Notes under the pieces: generated by a model
What the model was told of the DNA's origin: nothing
What the model saw: the letters and a program-made list of their open reading frames with translations, nothing else
Database searches by the model: none
Origin: an uncultured Candidatus Binatia bacterium
GTDB lineage: Bacteria; Desulfobacterota; Binatia; UBA9968; JAJDTQ01
Assembly (NCBI GenBank): GCA_965213675.1
Contig: OZ243916.1
Span: 1,408,001 to 1,472,000, forward strand
Direction of reading: 5' to 3'
DNA: 64,000 nucleotides
In this document: piece after piece, positions 59,408 through 64,000 of the stretch
Layout of the letters: each line of letters begins with the position of its first letter
How positions within the stretch are numbered: position 1 is the stretch's first letter
Position numbers and translations under genes: made by a program

Positions 59408-60412
59408 CTACTGGGCGAACAAGTCCATCAGGGCATCGGTCTGGTCCGCCGCCGCCGGCCGCAGCAGCGGGATCTTGACGCCCGCGTCGCGGTACTGCTG
59501 CACCCGCGCCTTGACTTCGTCGGGGGTGCCGCTGGCGGTCATGCCTTCCACGTAGGAATCCGGAATGGCCTTGATGAGCGCTTCCATGCCGCCTTCGGCG
59601 TGGGCCTTCTCGAACGTGGGGATGTCTTCCTCGTGGATATAGGGCTCGCCCACCTTCATCTTGGGGCGGGCGATGAAGGGGAGCTGGACGGGATCGAGCT
59701 TGGTGGCCACCTCCCAGCGAATGGCGTCCAGAGCCTTCTGATGGTCGTCGGCGATGGAGCAGTTGATCAACTGCGCCACCTCGAATTTGGAGAAATCGCG
59801 GCCCGCCTCTTCCGCGGCGTCCTTGATGATCTTCAGGGCGTTGGCGGTGTATTCGGGCGAGCACACCGCGTTCAGCACCACGCCGTCGCCGATCTGGCCG
59901 GCGAGCCTCAGGCCCGGGCGCGCGGTGGCCGGGATGTAGAGGGGAATGTTGTCGCGCAAGGGCTTCCAGCCGATGCCCACGTTCTTGAACTTGACGAACT
60001 GGCCGTCATAATCCACCTTTTCGCCAGTGAACAGCAGGCGCATGGACTCGATGTATTCCCTGAGCACTTGAGGGGGATTCTGGTGCTCCATGGCGTGGAC
60101 CCGGGCATGGCTTCGGGTGCAGGCGCCCGGCGCCAGCGTGACGCGACCGCCGGTCAACTCGTCCAGCGTCATCAGCGACTGCGCCATGCAGATGGGCGTG
60201 CGCAGGCGCACGATCTGGGTGGCTCCCAACGTGACCTTGGAAGTGGCCAGGCCCATGGCCGCGAGGGCCGAGACGGAATCGCGCATCAGCTCGATGGTCT
60301 CGGAGAAGAAACCCATCTCGAAACCCCGCTCCTCCGCGCGCCGCATGAGATCGGCGATCTCCCGGACATCGGTGAACTTCCCGTAACCCAGTGCGAAACC
60401 GACTCTGGCCAT
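59408..60412 (-). CDS. LLM class flavin/F420-dependent oxidoreductase
   Basis: TLDELTGGR, IPLYIPA..P..LRLAGQIGDG, GTPDEV. Confidence 0.88.
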   Translation of the reverse strand: MARVGFALGYGKFTDVREIADLMRRAEERGFEMGFFSETIELMRDSVSALAAMGLATSKVTLGATQIVRLRTPICMAQSLMTLDELTGGRVTLAPGACTRSHARVHAMEHQNPPQVLREYIESMRLLFTGEKVDYDGQFVKFKNVGIGWKPLRDNIPLYIPATARPGLRLAGQIGDGVVLNAVCSPEYTANALKIIKDAAEEAGRDFSKFEVAQLINCSIADDHQKALDAIRWEVATKLDPVQLPFIARPKMKVGEPYIHEEDIPTFEKAHAEGGMEALIKAIPDSYVEGMTASGTPDEVKARVQQYRDAGVKIPLLRPAAADQTDALMDLFAQ

Positions 60413-60705
60413 GACCTCTCCTGACTGTTTGAACGCAACCGCTCACGATGTTCGGGGCCGGTGAGCGCGCCCGTGCGGCAAAGGCGGTAGCCCGCCACCG
60501 ACGACCCGGTGGTCCTGCGCTTCGAGCTCCGGTGGATTCCGAGGAAAGCCGGCGGGTGTTGCGGTGTGCCTGAAGAAAACAGGTTATGTATCCGACGGGT
60601 TGCGGTTCGTCAAGGAGTTCCGGGGGTCGCCCGCCGGCAGCGCTGAACGCGACACGGACAGCCGCCGTTGCGGCGCACCGTTGGATTGCGTAAGCTCGGC
60701 TGACG

Positions 60706-61308
60706 ATGATGGGGCTGGACATTGACGGCGTGGTGGCCGACTTTCTCACTCCTTTTCTTCTCCGTCTGGAACAACGCATCGGCAAGCCGATTCCGGCCGG
60801 GTCGCTTGCGAGCGTCGATCTCACCGCGCATCCCGCGTTGACGGAGGAAGCGGTGGAAGCCTGCGCCGACGCGGTGCGGCGGGAGCCGCTCTTCTGGGAC
60901 GGTCTGGACTCGCTTCTCAGCCCGGAACAATGGCGCCGGCTGGACGCGCTGAGCCGGTGCGGACGGCTTTCGTTCATCACTCATCGCACGGGCCACGAGA
61001 GCTGGGACGTTCATGCGGGCACGATGGAGTGGTTGACACGCCACGGCATCACGCGCCCCGACGTGCACCTCGTCGAGCGCGAGAAATCCGCGGTGGTGGA
61101 AAGGCTCGGCGTGGCGCTGTTCGTCGACGACAACTACGAGAACTGCCGGGACGTGGCGGAGAAGACCTCGGCTCGTGTGCTGATGCCGCACCACCCCTAC
61201 AACCGTTCCTTCACCCACCCCGGCGTCACTCGGATCATGCACTTCGACGAGGTGTTCGCGCACTTGGAAACAGCGTTCGACACACCGGCGGCGGCTTTGG
61301 TTCCATAA
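60706..61308 (+). CDS. HAD-superfamily 5'(3')-nucleotidase (NT5C-like)
   Basis: LDIDGVVADF, FITHR, FVDD, HPYN. Confidence 0.8.
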   Translation: MMGLDIDGVVADFLTPFLLRLEQRIGKPIPAGSLASVDLTAHPALTEEAVEACADAVRREPLFWDGLDSLLSPEQWRRLDALSRCGRLSFITHRTGHESWDVHAGTMEWLTRHGITRPDVHLVEREKSAVVERLGVALFVDDNYENCRDVAEKTSARVLMPHHPYNRSFTHPGVTRIMHFDEVFAHLETAFDTPAAALVP

Positions 61309-61373
61309 AGAGCCATCGCTTCAGGATACCGTTCCGGAAACCCGGCTGGGCGCAAGACCAGGGGAGGCTCATC

Positions 61374-62099
61374 ATGTACGGTTGGCGCGCGCGTGTAGGC
61401 CACGTGGCTCCGTCCCGCGGAGACACGCTTGTCTATGAGTTCTATCGAATGCTGCCCGCGGGGTTCCAGTTGCTCAACAGCACCGGCACCATCCGGCAAC
61501 TGGTGGACGCCGACTTTGACCGTCAGCTCGAACGCATCGAGGAGGCGGCCCTGGATCTGGTGGACAACGGCTGCGACGTGGTCATCCTGGGGGGTTCGCC
61601 GCTCTTCACCAGGCTGGGCCACGGCAGCGACATCGACATGGGCCGCAGGCTCACCGAAAAGACCGGCATCCCCGTCACCGCGGGCATCACCGGCGAGGTG
61701 GAAGCCCTCAAGGCCATGGGACTCCGGCGGCTGGTGGTGGCCACGCCGCATGAGGACGAGTTGAACGCCCGCATGAAGGCGTTTCTGGAGGCTTCGGGCT
61801 TCGAGGTGCTTCAGATCGAAGGCTACGGCGTGCGCAGGAACTCCGCCATCTCGGACTTGCCCGTGCACGCCTCCTACAAGATCGCCAAGCGCCTCTACGA
61901 GAAGGCGCCGGAGGCGGACGGCCTGTTCATCCCGTGCCCGCGCTGGCCCACCATCGAGGACGTGGAGATCCTGGAGCACGAGATCGGCAAGCCCGTGGTG
62001 ACCAGTTGCCAAGCCTACATCTGGTACGCGCTCAAGCTGATCCGGATCAGGGAAAGCGTGACCGGCTATGGCAGGTTGATGGGCAGCCTGGCCGCGTGA
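61374..62099 (+). CDS. Maleate cis-trans isomerase / arylmalonate decarboxylase family protein
   Basis: MYGWRARVG, VATPH, ADGLFIPC, KPVVTS; GGAGG RBS. Confidence 0.8.
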   Translation: MYGWRARVGHVAPSRGDTLVYEFYRMLPAGFQLLNSTGTIRQLVDADFDRQLERIEEAALDLVDNGCDVVILGGSPLFTRLGHGSDIDMGRRLTEKTGIPVTAGITGEVEALKAMGLRRLVVATPHEDELNARMKAFLEASGFEVLQIEGYGVRRNSAISDLPVHASYKIAKRLYEKAPEADGLFIPCPRWPTIEDVEILEHEIGKPVVTSCQAYIWYALKLIRIRESVTGYGRLMGSLAA

Positions 62100-62345
62100 G
62101 CGCGCCGATGCGATGGGCGAGTGCGAGGTACACGCAATCGTGGATCGGACGGTCGAGCGCCAACTCCAGACGCAGCGCGTCCGCGGAGGCAAGTGAGGCC
62201 GAGGTACGCCATTTCGAGTTCCAGGTGGTGCTGTTGGTGGCCGCAGGAAGGAGGACCAAGGCTCGTTCAGGCTTGAGCCGAGGCACGGGGTGGGCAACGA
62301 GCTTGTTGAGGTTGTGGGCGATGCAGACCAGCGCCCGTTCATGAC
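62100..62345 (-). pseudogene. PIN-domain (VapC-like) toxin remnant
   Basis: ALRLELALDRPIHDCVYLALAHRIGA resembles a VapC C-terminus; N-terminus not recognisable; boundaries approximate. Confidence 0.5.
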
Positions 62346-62369
62346 GCAACTGATCCAGGCCGCGCCCAG

Positions 62370-62432
62370 GAGCTTGCGCCGCAGGAATTCACGGCGCAAA
62401 TCCGCTTTCGCGAATTCCTGCGGCGCAGGCTC
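62370..62432. mobile_element. 63-bp MITE family B
   Basis: TIRs GAGCTTGCGCCGCAGGAATTC / GAATTCCTGCGGCGCAGGCTC; flanks CCAG / CTAG (the bolA stop). Confidence 0.8.
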
Positions 62433-62690
62433 CTAGGAGCCGAACTTCTCCCACTGCTCGGGGCTGAAGGTCTTCAACGACAGGGCGTGGATTCGTTCGT
62501 CGCCAAGCTCGTCCTTGAGGGCTTCATAGACCATCTTGTGCTGGTCGATGAGACCCTTGCCGGCAAACGAATCATGCACGATGACCACTTGGTAATGGTC
62601 GCCCCCGCCGGTCAGATCCTTGATCATGGGCACCGTGCAACCCGGGAAAACCCGGCCCAGTGTATCTTCTATTTCCTGTGGCTGGATCAT
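62433..62690 (-). CDS. BolA family protein
   Basis: DLTGGGDHY, FAGK..IDQHKMVY, IHALSLKT. Confidence 0.92.
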   Translation of the reverse strand: MIQPQEIEDTLGRVFPGCTVPMIKDLTGGGDHYQVVIVHDSFAGKGLIDQHKMVYEALKDELGDERIHALSLKTFSPEQWEKFGS

Positions 62691-62950
62691 ACGGCTGGAT
62701 TAACACAAATCGGGCGCCAACACCATTGCGAGCCAGGGAGACTTCGAACAAGTGCTGCTTGGCGGATTCAGGACTTTCCCACGCTGCCGATTCACACGGA
62801 GGCCGGAGGTTCGGGCGGCGCCCTTCCGGCGGAATGAGGCTTCGCGAGGACCGGAACGAGCCCTACCCAAGCCTCGACGCGCATGCCCGGTCAGCGTGGG
62901 ACCGTCCTGTGACAGCCATGGAGCCCCTGGACTTCGCGCGGAAAATTCAC

Positions 62951-62990
62951 CCGTTCGCCCTGAGCGCGGCGCAGCGAAGTCGAGGGGGCG
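62951..62990. repeat. REP-like CCGTTCGCCCTGAGC...GTCGAAGGG family
   Basis: Related copies near 4990, 14720, 29350, 38583, 50790, mostly just downstream of genes. Confidence 0.6.
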
Positions 62991-63002
62991 CCATTGGCCA
63001 TT

Positions 63003-63509
63003 CTATGCCTGCGGGTCGTAGTCGGCCCGGAGTTGCTGGGTCATGGCGCGCATGTCCGCCCGCAACTCCTCATTGGTGGGCCGTCCGACGTAATACCAGC
63101 CGTTGTAGATGCGGTGGACCGACAGGTCCGGCAGGAGCGAGAAGGCGTACGGGATCGCCAGCGTCCCGTGCCGCTTGTCCGTGGTATCGACGATGTCCAG
63201 CGCCTCGATGGCCTTGAACTCCTGATCGCTGAGAAACGGGAATGTCGCTCCGAGACCGTTGCGCAGCGCCCCGTTCACCTTGGGCGGATCGACGCTGACC
63301 ACGGCAATCCGGCAGTAGCTCACGGGAAGTTCTTCCTGAAGGACGACCAGGTGGCGCAACTGCACCACGCACTTCCCTCACCAGTAGCCCCGGTAGAACA
63401 CCACCACGAGCGGGAACTTGCCCTCGGTGATTTCCGACAGCTTCAGTTCCGTGCCCCTCTGATCCTCCAAGGCCAGATCCGGAAAATTCGCGCCGACTGT
63501 TTGGTTCAT
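63003..63509 (-). CDS. Peroxiredoxin-like (AhpC/TSA) selenoprotein
   Basis: MNQTVGANFPDLALED...VVVFYRGYW-TGA-GKC (UxxC); the frame continues into ORF 63003..63368; GGAGG RBS. Confidence 0.85.
63351..63368 (-). promoter_or_regulatory. Candidate bacterial SECIS hairpin
   Basis: GTGGTGC-AGTT-GCGCCAC stem-loop beginning 10 nt after the TGA at 63378-63380. Confidence 0.6.
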
Positions 63510-63683
63510 GACGTGCCTCCTTGTGTGTCGTGTCCCGCAGCGGACTGTGACAAGTTGCGCGGAATTACCAGTTGCGCAGGATTTCTTCTTGCCGGCAAGA
63601 CCCGTTGACTTGCCAGGCCACCGGTTGCCGACCCGTTTACGGGAACCAGATGAGGAAGAAGTGGACCGGGCGGGGCGCCCGCG

Positions 63684-64000
63684 TCAGGCCCGGATGTCCT
63701 CCAGGAACAACCCGGTGGGGATCTCCCGTCCGAGGCCGGCGTCGCGGGCGCGTTCGTAGACGGCGCCGGTGACGGCGCTGAACTGCGGGCCGATGGCGCC
63801 GATGTTCATGAACCAGGCGGTCTGCTCCGGGCTGGTGCGGCCGGGGATCCGGCCGCTCATGACGTCGGGCAGCTTTGGAATGTCCACGATCTCGCGGGTC
63901 AGGTTCACACGCGGCACCAGCGCCCGCTCGTCTTCCTGGCCAGCCACGTACCCGAGGTAACCACCGCGGGCGTAGAAGGCCTCGGGCGGAAGCTTCTCCA
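63684..64000 (-). CDS. Ornithine cyclodeaminase family protein (3' part; begins beyond window)
   Basis: PGRTSPEQ..FMNIGAIGPQFSAV...GLGREIP resembles the C-terminus of 1965-3053. Confidence 0.75.
   Translation of the reverse strand, partial: EKLPPEAFYARGGYLGYVAGQEDERALVPRVNLTREIVDIPKLPDVMSGRIPGRTSPEQTAWFMNIGAIGPQFSAVTGAVYERARDAGLGREIPTGLFLEDIRA

Overview
GC-rich bacterial chromosomal window with about 55 coding regions. The gene content (paralogous ornithine cyclodeaminase-like, PuuE-like deacetylase, SDR, amidohydrolase, LLM and hydantoinase genes) suggests a Deltaproteobacteria/Binatia-like organism; this is inference only. No rRNA, tRNA or CRISPR array was seen. Main points: (1) 19172-26373 encodes what looks like a lipid-linked protein mannosylation pathway: a DPM1-like GT2-GtrA fusion, two tandem TMTC-like (GT-C fold plus TPR) membrane proteins and a convergent manC. 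(2) A peroxiredoxin-like selenoprotein (UxxC, in-frame TGA, SECIS-like hairpin) at 63003-63509 is missed by the ORF track. (3) An intact IS5 and three MITE families sit in CTAG-type targets whose copies often read CCAG/CTGG, in one case apparently rewriting a host stop codon. (4) The queG/apaH locus is rearranged, with divergent duplicated 3' ends, a ~155-bp direct repeat and a 51-bp perfect palindrome. (5) Several short intergenic repeat arrays are unexplained. All protein calls come from motif recognition by eye, not database searches.
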